From positions 3,648,001 to 3,712,000 of the forward strand of contig OZ244960.1 in the NCBI GenBank assembly GCA_965222605.1: a stretch of 64,000 nucleotides of DNA, given 5' to 3'. The notes beneath the pieces are model-generated. The model saw only the letters and a list, made by a program, of their open reading frames with translations, was not told the origin of the DNA and made no database searches. The translations under genes were made by a program, and so were the position numbers. Origin of the DNA: Candidatus Latescibacterota bacterium (GTDB lineage Bacteria > Latescibacterota > UBA2968). Positions 53,676-63,898 of the stretch are shown in pieces. Each line of letters begins with the position of its first letter. The stretch's first letter is position 1.

Positions 53676-55979
53676 ATGACAGATAATATGGCGCAGGACA
53701 ATACGTTGGGTTGGAGGTTATCGCTCGGGTATCCGATTTTGTCGGGTTTGATTATGGCAGCGGCATTTCCGCCTTTGCCACTCGGTTTTTTGGCCTGTAT
53801 CAGTTTGTTGCCTCTGATTCCCGTTGCCGAAAATTTGCGTGGGCGCGTGGCTTTTGGCGCGGGTTTTTTGCAGGGTCTGGTTTTTTACGGTGCGAGTATT
53901 TATTGGATTGCGTGGATTACTCCCCCGGGTATGGCGGGGGCAATTTTGTATATGTCGCTTTTTCGGGGGCTGTTTGTGTGGTTGTGGTCGTTTGCACTGG
54001 CGCGCGCTGGCAGGCTGGGTTTGTGGATGACGCCCTTTTTGTGGGTGGGTTTTGAATATTTTAATACGCTGGGCGATATGGGTTTTTCGTGGATGTTGCT
54101 CGGGCATACCCAGGTGGATTATTTGCCTTTGATTCAAATTGCAGAAGCGACCGGGGTTTACGGTGTGTCGTTTTGGGTGGTGGTGGTTAATCTCATTGCG
54201 TTTCAGGCTGTGAGAAGTGCGCAGCGCGGCTTGATGGTTGGTGTTTTGGTTTTGGTTTTTGCTCTGCCATTGGGATTTGGTTTGTGGCGCATGGCAGAGC
54301 CGGTTGCCGAGGGCGATTTGAAGGTCGCTATTGTGCAGCAAAATGTGCCACCCGTTGAGAAATCTTACTGGGGTTTTGATCACAATTTTGATAAGCTGAA
54401 ACCTTTGACTATTCAGGCAGCAGAGACAGGGGCGCGATTGGTTGTGTGGTCAGAGGCGGCTTTGCCCGCGTATTTGAAGCGTGATGATGCATTGCAACAA
54501 GCGTATCAGGCGCGGGTGCAGGCACTGGTCGATTCGCTGGGTATTTATCTGTTCATGGGATCCAATCGCTTCGAGGCCGCGGCGCGGGATCGGTATTACA
54601 ATTCTTCTTTTTTGTTTGAGCCGGGTGGGGGCGATTTGCCGCATTACGACAAGGTGAAGGTGGTGCCGTTTGGAGAGCGGACGCCTTTTCCCGAGTTGCT
54701 CGGGTTTTTGCGCGATTTTCGGTGGAGCGGCGGGGGGTATATCAGTGGGGATTTTGAAAGCGGGACTGCGCGAACGGTTTTTGAGGTGCCGGGTGGAAAG
54801 TTTTCCGGTATGATTTGTTTTGATTCGGTGTTTCCCTGGCTTGCGCGCGATATGATGGTTCGGGGTGCCGAGTTTTTGGTGGTGATTACCAATGATGGGT
54901 GGTATGGGCGGACGGCAGCGCCTTATCAGCACGCGGATATTGCAACTTTCAGAGCTGTTGAAAACAGGCGTTGGGTGGTGCGCTGTGCCAATACGGGTGT
55001 GTCGATGTTTGTCGATCCCTATGGGCGGCAAGAGCAAAAGACGGGTTTGTTTCACGAGGCTGTTGTGGCCGGGACGATTGCACCGCGCAATGAGCAGACG
55101 CTTTATATGCGGTTTGGCGATTTGTTTTCTCAGTTGTGTGGCGTGATTGCGTTGATGGGGTTGGCGGTGTCGGCTATTCGGCGGCCGCAAGAGGTGGAGG
55201 AGGAGGTTGCACCGCCTGAAGGTACGGTGCCGGCGATTATGCCAGACCGGGATGGGGAACTTCCCGATAATGGCAAGCCGATGCCGTTTCTCGATCATCT
55301 GGAGGAGTTGCGGTGGCGCATTTTGAAGGGTTTGAGCGCGATTATTATAGGTGCGATTTTTTGCGGAATTTTTGTCAATGAGATTTTGGCCGTGCTGCTC
55401 CATCCTACCCGCGAACTGGAAAATGAACTGATATTGCAGACGTTAAGACCGATGGGCATGTTTATGGTCAAGCTGGAGATCGCGCTGGTGGGCGGGGGGA
55501 TTCTGGCGCTGCCGTTTTTGATTTATCAGATCTGGATGTTTGTTGCGCCCGGTCTGTTTGCCAGCGAGCGGCGATTTGTCACGTTTGTAATTGGTTCGGC
55601 CACTTTGTGTTTTGTTGTGGGTGCTGTTTTGGCGTACTGGCTGGTTATTCCACTGGCGATGAAGTTTTTTGTTGGCCTTGCTGCTGATACGGGTGTGAAG
55701 CCGCAGTTTGATATTGGAGAGTATATCGGTTTTGTGCTGCGCCTTCTGGTGGCTTTTGGCCTGGTGTTTGAGTTGCCCGTGTTGACGTTTTTTCTGGCTA
55801 AGATGGGGATTGCGACACGCGATCGGATGCAAAAAGGACGGCGTTATGCGCTTTTGGCCGGGTTTGTACTGGCCGCCATTTTGACCCCTCCCGATCCCCT
55901 GTCTCAGCTTTTGATGGCGATGCCGCTTATCGTTTTGTACGAGATTAGTATTTGGGTGGCGTGGTTTGTGAATGAATAG
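53676..55979 (+). CDS. lnt-tatC: Fusion of apolipoprotein N-acyltransferase (Lnt) and twin-arginine translocase subunit TatC
   Basis: Lnt triad WSEAA / YDKVKVVPFGE / ICFDS plus TNDGW. TatC begins at 55281 (MPFLDHLEELRWRI, FELP, AAILTPPDP, LYE). There is no stop between them. Confidence 0.92.
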   Translation: MTDNMAQDNTLGWRLSLGYPILSGLIMAAAFPPLPLGFLACISLLPLIPVAENLRGRVAFGAGFLQGLVFYGASIYWIAWITPPGMAGAILYMSLFRGLFVWLWSFALARAGRLGLWMTPFLWVGFEYFNTLGDMGFSWMLLGHTQVDYLPLIQIAEATGVYGVSFWVVVVNLIAFQAVRSAQRGLMVGVLVLVFALPLGFGLWRMAEPVAEGDLKVAIVQQNVPPVEKSYWGFDHNFDKLKPLTIQAAETGARLVVWSEAALPAYLKRDDALQQAYQARVQALVDSLGIYLFMGSNRFEAAARDRYYNSSFLFEPGGGDLPHYDKVKVVPFGERTPFPELLGFLRDFRWSGGGYISGDFESGTARTVFEVPGGKFSGMICFDSVFPWLARDMMVRGAEFLVVITNDGWYGRTAAPYQHADIATFRAVENRRWVVRCANTGVSMFVDPYGRQEQKTGLFHEAVVAGTIAPRNEQTLYMRFGDLFSQLCGVIALMGLAVSAIRRPQEVEEEVAPPEGTVPAIMPDRDGELPDNGKPMPFLDHLEELRWRILKGLSAIIIGAIFCGIFVNEILAVLLHPTRELENELILQTLRPMGMFMVKLEIALVGGGILALPFLIYQIWMFVAPGLFASERRFVTFVIGSATLCFVVGAVLAYWLVIPLAMKFFVGLAADTGVKPQFDIGEYIGFVLRLLVAFGLVFELPVLTFFLAKMGIATRDRMQKGRRYALLAGFVLAAILTPPDPLSQLLMAMPLIVLYEISIWVAWFVNE

Positions 55980-55997
55980 CGATTAGAGGAGTGGATA

Positions 55998-56771
55998 GTG
56001 AAGATTTGTTTATTGGCAAGTGGGAGTGGTGGCAATTCGATTTGTGTTCAAAATGGTTCTTCAGGTGTGCTTATCGATGCGGGTTTAACGGGTAAGAAGA
56101 TCGAAGAGCGTCTGCAAAGTATCGGGGTTAATCCAGCGGGTTTGCAGGCTATTTTGGTGAGTCACGAGCATTCCGATCACATTAAGGGGGTGGGTGTGTT
56201 GGCGCGGCGATATGGGCTACCCGTTTGGATGACTGAGGGTACGTTGAATGCTTCGAAGAAGATTTTTCGCGGGACTGAGAGAATTAGGGTGTTTGCAAAT
56301 GATGAGGCATTTTCAATTGGCGATTTGTCTTTTCAGGCGTTCCAATTGCCTCACGATGCCGCTGATCCCGTGAATTTTTCTGTGACGGATGGTCATTCCA
56401 ATGTGACTGTTGCAACAGATATGGGTACGGTGACGCAGTTGGTTTATCAGCATATGCGCCGCGCCGATCTGGTGATTATTGAGACGAATTACGACTGGCA
56501 GTTGCTTATGGATGGGCCTTATCCATGGCATTTGAAGCAGAGGATCAGTAGCACGCACGGCCATTTGTCAAATGATGGGGCAGCCGAGGCGTTGTGCGAT
56601 CTGGCGCGAGAGGGATTGCAACAGGCGGTTCTGGCGCATTTGAGCGAGAAAAATAACCGGCCGGATTTGGCGCGGGAAACTTGTGCGGATATGTTGCGAG
56701 GTCAGGGTATTCGGTCTTTTCCGATGAGCGTGGCCGAGCAAGATCGTCCCAGTGATATATTTGTGATTTGA
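55998..56771 (+). CDS. MBL-fold hydrolase (YycJ/WalJ-like)
   Basis: ASGSGGN, SHEHSDH, ETNYD, GHLSN, AHLSEKNN. Confidence 0.9.
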   Translation: MKICLLASGSGGNSICVQNGSSGVLIDAGLTGKKIEERLQSIGVNPAGLQAILVSHEHSDHIKGVGVLARRYGLPVWMTEGTLNASKKIFRGTERIRVFANDEAFSIGDLSFQAFQLPHDAADPVNFSVTDGHSNVTVATDMGTVTQLVYQHMRRADLVIIETNYDWQLLMDGPYPWHLKQRISSTHGHLSNDGAAEALCDLAREGLQQAVLAHLSEKNNRPDLARETCADMLRGQGIRSFPMSVAEQDRPSDIFVI

Positions 56772-56786
56772 TTTGGAAGGGTAGCG

Positions 56787-57821
56787 ATGGAAAAATGGAT
56801 TGAAGAGCTTGTGATAGGGTTGGCCAGTCCGTTCCTTTTAGTGATTATTGCGGTGACGCTGTACACGCTTGGCAAAGGCGCGAATTGGCTCGTTGATGAG
56901 GCTGTGACGCTTTCGGTGCGCTGGGGGCTGGGGAAAGCGGTTATCGGTGCGACGATTGTGAGTATTGGCACGACGACGCCGGAAGCGGCGGTGTCCGTGT
57001 TTTCGGCGATTCAAGGAAAACCGGGGCTTGCTCTTGGGAATGCCGTCGGTTCGATTATTTGCGATACGGGCCTTATCATTGGCCTGGCGTCTCTGATTGC
57101 TCCCTTACCTCTCAACCGCCAGTTGGCGTCGCGGTTGTCAAATGTGCAGGTGGGGGCTGGTATTCTTCTGGTGCTCGCCTGTTTTCCGTGGGCTTCTCCC
57201 GCGAAATTATTTAGCCAGGGTGGGGTTTTGCCACAGTTCGTTGGCTTCGCCTTTGTCGCACTTTTGGGGCTTTATATTTGGCAGTCGATCAGATGGGCTG
57301 CAACCATGTCGGATACTGAGCGTGAAGATGCAACCGATGCGGAGGGTAGTCACGCGGTCGTTGTGCTCGTCAAGTTGCTCCTGGCGATTGCTGTTATTGT
57401 TATTTCAGCCCAAATTCTTATCCCCAGTGTGAGCGTTTTGGCAGAGAGAATTGGTGTGCCCAAACACATTATTTCGGCAACGCTCGTCGCGTTTGGCACG
57501 TCGCTCCCAGAACTCGTGACGGCGATTACCGCTGTTAGACGCGGGCACGGCGAGCTGGCGGTTGGCAATATTATTGGTGCAGATATTCTCAATGTGCTCT
57601 TTGTCGCTGGTGTCTCGGCCGCAGCAACGCAAGGTGGCTTGCAAGCCGATGGTCAGTTTTTCCAGTTTTTGTTCCCGGCAATGGTGTTTATTCTCATCGT
57701 TTTTCGCTGCGGCATTTTTGTGTCGGGTAACGCGTTGAAGCGTCCTTTTGGGATCGTTCTGATGGCGACGTGGCTTTTGGTGACTCTGCTCAGTTATGTG
57801 TTGTCCATAGATATGTATTAG
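56787..57821 (+). CDS. Calcium/sodium antiporter (YrbG-like)
   Basis: Alpha repeats GTTTPE and GTSLPE; GNIIG. Confidence 0.92.
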   Translation: MEKWIEELVIGLASPFLLVIIAVTLYTLGKGANWLVDEAVTLSVRWGLGKAVIGATIVSIGTTTPEAAVSVFSAIQGKPGLALGNAVGSIICDTGLIIGLASLIAPLPLNRQLASRLSNVQVGAGILLVLACFPWASPAKLFSQGGVLPQFVGFAFVALLGLYIWQSIRWAATMSDTEREDATDAEGSHAVVVLVKLLLAIAVIVISAQILIPSVSVLAERIGVPKHIISATLVAFGTSLPELVTAITAVRRGHGELAVGNIIGADILNVLFVAGVSAAATQGGLQADGQFFQFLFPAMVFILIVFRCGIFVSGNALKRPFGIVLMATWLLVTLLSYVLSIDMY

Positions 57822-57838
57822 GTCGTGTCTTTGGCTCC

Positions 57839-59821
57839 TCACCAGGTATAGATCATGTGTCCGCGTCCGTTGAACCAGATTATATCTACGATTGCCGATA
57901 TGCCCACAGCCATTGCGTGTCCCACGGTCAGTCCTATGAAGAAGGGCGCAATCCGGCGATAAAGCAGGGCACCCCCGGTGCGGAGTACTATGATCTTGAT
58001 AGTCCAGACGATGAAGATGGGCAGTGCAGATATCCGTATCAGCGAGGTTCCAGAAATCGGGAACCCAATGGGGTTGATGGGCCACCACGGGAAGCGGTAG
58101 CGCAGAAATAGCAGGGCTGACATAATGGCGATTCCGAGCCAGAAGAAGGTGATTTTCCAGCCGCTGGGCGGGAAGGGATTGCCCATCTTGCCGACCACTT
58201 TTCCCAGTAGCCGTCGAGGTCCGCTGGAGAAAGGTCCCAGGGGGTTGAAGTTGTAAGCACCCAGGCTGTATCCGAGGTGCAGGGTATAGACGAGAGAAAC
58301 CAGCGTTCCCACAACGAGTGCTCCCAGCAATGCGAGAAGCATCCTTCGCCTATTCGCCCGGACGATATCTGTGAGTTTCACAGCGTGAACGAGCGCGGGG
58401 AGAAAGAGTCCTTGTCCGTGAGAGAGCAGGGCATAAGAGAATCCCAAAACTGTCATACTGCTTTGGGCAACGGATGTGGACCCCAGGCTGTAGAAACAGA
58501 ACGATTGCGCTGTCATTGGACCCCGTACGGATATGAGGCCCGACTCTGCTACGATACGGGCGACTCCCAGATGAATCACAAGCGTCGCAAACAGGAAGAG
58601 CCAGACAACCGATAGCTCCATACCGGCGTAGTGCAGCCATCCCACGATGAAAGCGGCGCTGAGGACAAGTCCCCAGAATGCGGTTCGGTAGGAGACCATT
58701 TCTCCTCGATCATCCAGCCCCCCCCGCGCGGCAAAGGCCGTCGCTATAACGCTCCTTATGTGGTGTCGCCCTATCCATAAACTCCATCCGACGAAAGCCG
58801 TCATTGCTCCCATTCCCTGCCAGCTATAAGCTGAGTGGTGTGACGACCACAGATCGCCGTTTGGTCCTATGTCGAATCCCACGCGGTTAAAGACCCAGAC
58901 CTGGCCCAGGAAGAATAAAAGAAAGACCCAGAAACTGCCCAGGACTTCCACATTGGCAAAATAGGTGAATCCCATTAAAAAAAAGTTGAGACGAAGTGGA
59001 ATGGATGGCAGTCCTCCTCCGAGCGCGAGATTTCCCAGGCTCTGCGGGATGGCGGGAAAAAGCGGCGAGAAAAACGACCCGATGTTCCAGGAGACCGCGA
59101 CAAAGGCGAGTCCGGCACCTATCCAAAAGATGCGATGCCTCAGGATGTCGGGAAGCCGCTCATCACCTTCTGTGATGGCGAGTGCCGGCATCAGCATTGG
59201 GTAGATCAGACGCTCGTGCTCCGACCACTGGCGCCGCAGAACCACTGCAAGACAGATCGATCCGAGTGTCATCGCAGCAATCAGGCAGGACCACCAGAGG
59301 AGGGGTACGATCCACACATCCCATGGAATCGCGATTCCTTCGGGTAACCCTTCGAAGAGCCACTGCATGGCTGTCTTCTGTGAAGGGGCAAACCACGTGG
59401 GCAGATGGGGATGGAGGTACTCAGCCCAACCGTTTTCCGGTGTGGCGAAATAGTAGGGAGACGCGATAATGCCGAGAAAGAATCCGGTTAGACCCGCTGT
59501 GGGCAGGATGGATCCGAGGAGGCCGAGGGCGAGGGCTACAAGGAACTCAGAACGCGAAAATCCCAGGAAGCGACGGCACCGCTGAAGGATCGGATTGAGG
59601 AGAAGGGTCAGGAGAGCGTAGGAAAAGAAAAGCGCGATAGAAAAGTGGTTGAGATTGGTCTTGGACGACCGGACAATGTAATCCAGGTAGTTGATGAAGA
59701 GGTTGAGAAAGATCACCAGCGCAAGGCCAAGCAGGATGGCGCGCCGGGTGACCCCTTCCCTGCGTGCTGGCTCCGCAGATGTGGTCGCACCTACCTGGGA
59801 AGTGATTTCCGGCTTTGACAC
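57839..59821 (-). CDS. Large polytopic membrane protein (DUF6785/DUF6784-like putative transporter)
   Basis: More than 14 hydrophobic segments; RRQWSEHERLIYP, RIVAESG, WWPINPIGF. Confidence 0.75.
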   Translation of the reverse strand: MSKPEITSQVGATTSAEPARREGVTRRAILLGLALVIFLNLFINYLDYIVRSSKTNLNHFSIALFFSYALLTLLLNPILQRCRRFLGFSRSEFLVALALGLLGSILPTAGLTGFFLGIIASPYYFATPENGWAEYLHPHLPTWFAPSQKTAMQWLFEGLPEGIAIPWDVWIVPLLWWSCLIAAMTLGSICLAVVLRRQWSEHERLIYPMLMPALAITEGDERLPDILRHRIFWIGAGLAFVAVSWNIGSFFSPLFPAIPQSLGNLALGGGLPSIPLRLNFFLMGFTYFANVEVLGSFWVFLLFFLGQVWVFNRVGFDIGPNGDLWSSHHSAYSWQGMGAMTAFVGWSLWIGRHHIRSVIATAFAARGGLDDRGEMVSYRTAFWGLVLSAAFIVGWLHYAGMELSVVWLFLFATLVIHLGVARIVAESGLISVRGPMTAQSFCFYSLGSTSVAQSSMTVLGFSYALLSHGQGLFLPALVHAVKLTDIVRANRRRMLLALLGALVVGTLVSLVYTLHLGYSLGAYNFNPLGPFSSGPRRLLGKVVGKMGNPFPPSGWKITFFWLGIAIMSALLFLRYRFPWWPINPIGFPISGTSLIRISALPIFIVWTIKIIVLRTGGALLYRRIAPFFIGLTVGHAMAVGISAIVDIIWFNGRGHMIYTW

Positions 59822-59830
59822 GGTTTTCCT

Positions 59831-60589
59831 TCAGGTGATCTTTAAGAGCCTGCCAGCGCCTCTGCCGAGATAGGTTCTTGAGTTGGCGCCCGGGTAAGCA
59901 TAACCGTTTATAAAAACACGCCGCGGTTTTTGCGAGCGGTTCGGTTCGCTGCCGTGAATGACATAGGGATTGAACAGGGCCACGCTGCCGGCTTTCATGA
60001 TTCCCGTAACAGCGTCGTCGGGGTTGAAGAGCGTCCGGCGTTCTTCTTCGCTGCGACTCAGCAAACCCAGATGTCCCAATTTACAACTTCCGGGGATAAA
60101 TTTCAACGGTCCATTTTCTTCGGTCACATCGTCAATGGCGATGGCTTGCTGGACAAAGCTGCCGCGCCCGTTGACGTCCTTCCAGCCGGGTTTTCCATAT
60201 CCCCGGTTCTCGCTGTCCTGGTGCCAGGGAAATGCTACATTGTCGCCGGGTATTTTGAAATGGGCCTGGTTGATCAATTGGTTCATCTCGTTGCTGCCCA
60301 GCAACTGGCTCGCCATCCCGAGCAGGCGATGGTCTTTGCCATAGGCGAGCAGGACTGGTTCGGCTGCCCCGCACCAGGAGATGCGCCGAATGATGACCCG
60401 GCCCGATTCCGTTCGATCAATGGCAAAATCAGAGCCTTTGTGTATCCCGGCTTCCGATAGCGAGTAAGCCATTTCCTGCAGACGGTCGAATCCGGCTCGC
60501 ATTTCTTCGATTTCGGTGGGTGTGAAAATGTCCGGTACGATGATGAATCCAATTTCGAAGAATGCTTCGACTTGTTCTCCACTGAGCAT
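59831..60589 (-). CDS. Phytanoyl-CoA dioxygenase (PhyH)-family Fe/2OG oxygenase
   Basis: WHQD, ENGPLKFIPGS, IHGS..N.S..R. Confidence 0.92.
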   Translation of the reverse strand: MLSGEQVEAFFEIGFIIVPDIFTPTEIEEMRAGFDRLQEMAYSLSEAGIHKGSDFAIDRTESGRVIIRRISWCGAAEPVLLAYGKDHRLLGMASQLLGSNEMNQLINQAHFKIPGDNVAFPWHQDSENRGYGKPGWKDVNGRGSFVQQAIAIDDVTEENGPLKFIPGSCKLGHLGLLSRSEEERRTLFNPDDAVTGIMKAGSVALFNPYVIHGSEPNRSQKPRRVFINGYAYPGANSRTYLGRGAGRLLKIT

Positions 60590-60609
60590 CGGGGGAGGAG
60601 ATAGGTTTC

Positions 60610-61551
60610 TCAGAATGCACCTCCGACGCTGATGCGGATAGGCTCGTTCAACAGATTTCCAAAGTTCGTGTAGGATACATCCACCGTGAACATGCGGTCA
60701 TCTAACTTCCATTTGACTCCCGTACCCAGACTAAAACTCTCAGCGTCATAGTTAAACTTGTAGCCGCCTCTGAGAGCCAACACATTCACCAGCCAGATTT
60801 CGGCACCCACATGGACCCGCGTCCCGAAATCGGTTACGAAAAGGGCCTCGGAGGAAAGTGTGGCGTAGGAGGGATCTCCCTGCTCACCGTAAATCTCCAT
60901 CGCCCCGCCAATCGAGAATACGCTCGGTACGAAGAATGGTTGCTCGTCAATCGTGATGTCTTTGCTGAGGTTTCGGAGAGACATCGCCAGTCGGGTGCTT
61001 TTGAATCCCGTCTTGAACCAACTGCCGACGTTGAAGTCGAATGTGTTGATGGTTTCCAGATCGAGGGACTCGCGAATGATTCGGAGTTGCGCGCCAAAGG
61101 AGAACCGATCGGTCAGCGTGATGGCATAAGCGGCCCCTACGGCCAGGTCTCCCAGGTCCAGCGTGCGTCCGGTGCCATTCGGTGCAAAGATGGTCGTTTC
61201 TTCCACATCACCGGGGTCCAGAGCGATCACACCAAGTCCGAGAGCTGCGCGTCCGTATTTGATCGCAAATGCTCCCGAGTAAATTTTTGTATCTACAAGC
61301 CAATTGGTATATGAAAGCGTATAGGCTCGCTTTTCAATCTTCGTCAGTCCGGCCGGATTCCAGAAGATCGCGTCAATCCCATCAGAAATCGCCGTAAATG
61401 CTCCTCCCATAGCTGCCGGACGTGCGCCCTGTCCGATCTTCAGGAAATTCAAACCCGACCGGCCAACCCGTTCTGGCGGGTCATCTACGGCGCCTTCCGC
61501 ATTATAGGCGATTAGGGAAAGGATCAGTGCAATGCAGAATACTTTGTTCAC
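60610..61551 (-). CDS. PorV/PorQ-family outer-membrane barrel
   Basis: GTG start after AGGAGG; FLKIGQGARPAAMGGAF...FWNPAGL; terminal Phe. Confidence 0.85.
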   Translation of the reverse strand: MNKVFCIALILSLIAYNAEGAVDDPPERVGRSGLNFLKIGQGARPAAMGGAFTAISDGIDAIFWNPAGLTKIEKRAYTLSYTNWLVDTKIYSGAFAIKYGRAALGLGVIALDPGDVEETTIFAPNGTGRTLDLGDLAVGAAYAITLTDRFSFGAQLRIIRESLDLETINTFDFNVGSWFKTGFKSTRLAMSLRNLSKDITIDEQPFFVPSVFSIGGAMEIYGEQGDPSYATLSSEALFVTDFGTRVHVGAEIWLVNVLALRGGYKFNYDAESFSLGTGVKWKLDDRMFTVDVSYTNFGNLLNEPIRISVGGAF

Positions 61552-61583
61552 TGAGGGCCTCCTTTTGAGGATGCATGGCAATC

Positions 61584-63860
61584 TCATTTTATGATTACAA
61601 AGGTACCGGACTGAGTTTGGCCCGGAGATACCAGCGATTCCACTACAAAGTAGTAGATTCCCGATGAGACAGGTCCGGTGACAGACCGGTTGAGCAGAAG
61701 CCGCCAATTGACTTCGCCGCGGTCTGGTCCGTCGTGTTCGAACTGCGCCACCAGGTCGCCGGAAAGGGAGAAGACGTTGATTCTGGCCTTCCTCGGCACG
61801 TTCACGAATCGAACGCGGTCGGAACCTGAATACTTATGGACATCGTCGGCTCTGAATGGATTGGGCACTACCCGGACACGGTCCTGTAGTTGGTCCTTGG
61901 CATCGGTGGAAGGCACGAACGGTACTTTCGATAGGGGCGTACGCTGAGACTCGCCACCCTTTCCACTTTCAAGCCCCAGACTCAGACGCGTCTGTTCGAT
62001 CTTCGAGAGATCGCTCATGGTCGATGTCCCATTTGTCCACGAGGATTTGCCCGAGGCATAGGTCGTAACAGCGTACCAGTACTCGAATCCCGCCGCGGAC
62101 CGCGTGTCGGCGTAGGTGTAAATTCCGTTGTTCAGCGAGGAGTTTGGCGTATTGGGATTTGGGTCTCCCACCGGGATGTCTTCGAGGAGCGTCCATGGCC
62201 CGATTTCCCGCACAGAGGACTGATAGACGCGATACCCGGCAATATCCGCTGTTCCGTAGTCCGGATTCGGGGACTGCTCGACGGAAGTGCTCCACGAAAG
62301 CTGAAGGTTGCCCTGCGGATTGCTTCCGACAGTGAACGCCACGTCGGGTGGGGCATCGGGAATATCAAACCCGTTGTCGTAGGCAAATTGCGCTCTCGCC
62401 AGGTGGTTGAACAATGCCTGCTCGCCGTCGGCGAGTTGATCATGACGGCCCTGTATTGCCCATTCGTACATATCCATTCCCTGGGCTTCGGCTCCCGAGC
62501 CGAGAACATAAGCGAGGACGATTTTTGCCTTGTCTCCTGGTCCCAGGTCGTAGGGACCATAGGTTTGGGAGTTGAGGAGTCCCTTCACCTCACCCGGATT
62601 GTCGCGACTGGAGGCGGTAAAGATTTCGTAGATCTCCTGATCTGAATTGACCTGATTTGTAGGCTCTTCCGAGTTCTGCGTGTCGAAGGCTTCCCACCAA
62701 TGGCCAGCAAAAGGCTGCTCCATTTGCTTTGGTGCTATGTAGATCTCTCCGGGATCATTGGTAAAAGGCGGCGTGTAATCCAGAGGCGCCACCCCCACGT
62801 ACTGAAAAGCCATCAGTTCGCCTTCTGTTTCGGAATAAGCGGGGAGTTGAGCGGCAAGTTCGGAACTGAACGGCTCTCCGGTGTCGTCGTTGGTTGTGAA
62901 GGGTGAATCGCCATCCCATTGATACGCCATCTTCGTTGCACTGTGCGGACCCGAATAGTTCGGAGCACCGGTATAGACAAACCAGTCATCCCGGACTTCG
63001 TTGCGGTAGTTCCCGTAATTGCCGCTGCCGTACCGCGTGATATGCCCGGCCTGGGCTACGGCGAAGCTGTTCACGAAGACGAAGTAGGTGTCATTTAGCT
63101 GCATCGGCAATCCGCTGTCGGCAATACCATCCCCGTTGGCATCTCCCGTGTTCTCGAAGATGTGTTCTACGATCACAAAATCGTCGTAGTCGGGATAGCT
63201 CCAGGCATACGCCTTGCGGGTAACTGTAATGCCCCGCTCCGTCGTCCACTTTGACACGATTATTTCCTCGGGAAAATGGTCCTTGTCAGCATCCATATAC
63301 TTGCTGCCGGCATAGTTGTGGATCTCGACGGGTTCCTCGATTGGAGGCGCAGCTCCCGGGTAGTAGTTGCTGCGGCCATCGTTCACACCCAGAGAGGCTT
63401 CTGGCTCCTCGTTTGCGTCGTAAACCATTGGCGCGATATCCACTGTCTCATATCTCGGATTCGATGACGAGACGTTATAGGAACCTGGCTCGCGCGTGAG
63501 AATCCAGACGCCTTGCCCCAGAGCGCAGTTGTAGCCATCGATACCCGAACTTTGCAGGTTGGGGTACCACGATCCCCAGATCCAATCGTTGGGATCGCCG
63601 CCCGAGGTCGCACTGTGTACCTTCGTGCCGGGGTAGGACAAATCGGGATCCGTGAGTCCTTCGGCCCCGCCCCCTCGCCCAATATCATTCCGTCTCCCCA
63701 TCGTTCCCGTATTTCGAAAACTGATCCAGGTTTTTGATCGTGTCAGATGGCGCTGTTTTCCGGGAGGATTTCCCGCTTCCACTTCAGCAGTAAACCAACC
63801 CGAAAGCACGAGCGCGAAAGCACCCGCGCCAAGAAGCCCTAAGGAAGTTTTCCAATGCAT
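61584..63860 (-). CDS. Large secreted protein with an FN3-like region and a C-terminal T9SS-CTD/FlgD-like domain
   Basis: Signal peptide; GYRVYQS, YWYAVTTY; VRVVPNPF...INVFSLSGDLV...SGIYYF...FVIIK. Confidence 0.75.
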   Translation of the reverse strand: MHWKTSLGLLGAGAFALVLSGWFTAEVEAGNPPGKQRHLTRSKTWISFRNTGTMGRRNDIGRGGGAEGLTDPDLSYPGTKVHSATSGGDPNDWIWGSWYPNLQSSGIDGYNCALGQGVWILTREPGSYNVSSSNPRYETVDIAPMVYDANEEPEASLGVNDGRSNYYPGAAPPIEEPVEIHNYAGSKYMDADKDHFPEEIIVSKWTTERGITVTRKAYAWSYPDYDDFVIVEHIFENTGDANGDGIADSGLPMQLNDTYFVFVNSFAVAQAGHITRYGSGNYGNYRNEVRDDWFVYTGAPNYSGPHSATKMAYQWDGDSPFTTNDDTGEPFSSELAAQLPAYSETEGELMAFQYVGVAPLDYTPPFTNDPGEIYIAPKQMEQPFAGHWWEAFDTQNSEEPTNQVNSDQEIYEIFTASSRDNPGEVKGLLNSQTYGPYDLGPGDKAKIVLAYVLGSGAEAQGMDMYEWAIQGRHDQLADGEQALFNHLARAQFAYDNGFDIPDAPPDVAFTVGSNPQGNLQLSWSTSVEQSPNPDYGTADIAGYRVYQSSVREIGPWTLLEDIPVGDPNPNTPNSSLNNGIYTYADTRSAAGFEYWYAVTTYASGKSSWTNGTSTMSDLSKIEQTRLSLGLESGKGGESQRTPLSKVPFVPSTDAKDQLQDRVRVVPNPFRADDVHKYSGSDRVRFVNVPRKARINVFSLSGDLVAQFEHDGPDRGEVNWRLLLNRSVTGPVSSGIYYFVVESLVSPGQTQSGTFVIIK

Positions 63861-63898
63861 GGAATATTCTCCTTTAGTTCAAGGGATGACATATTGGT

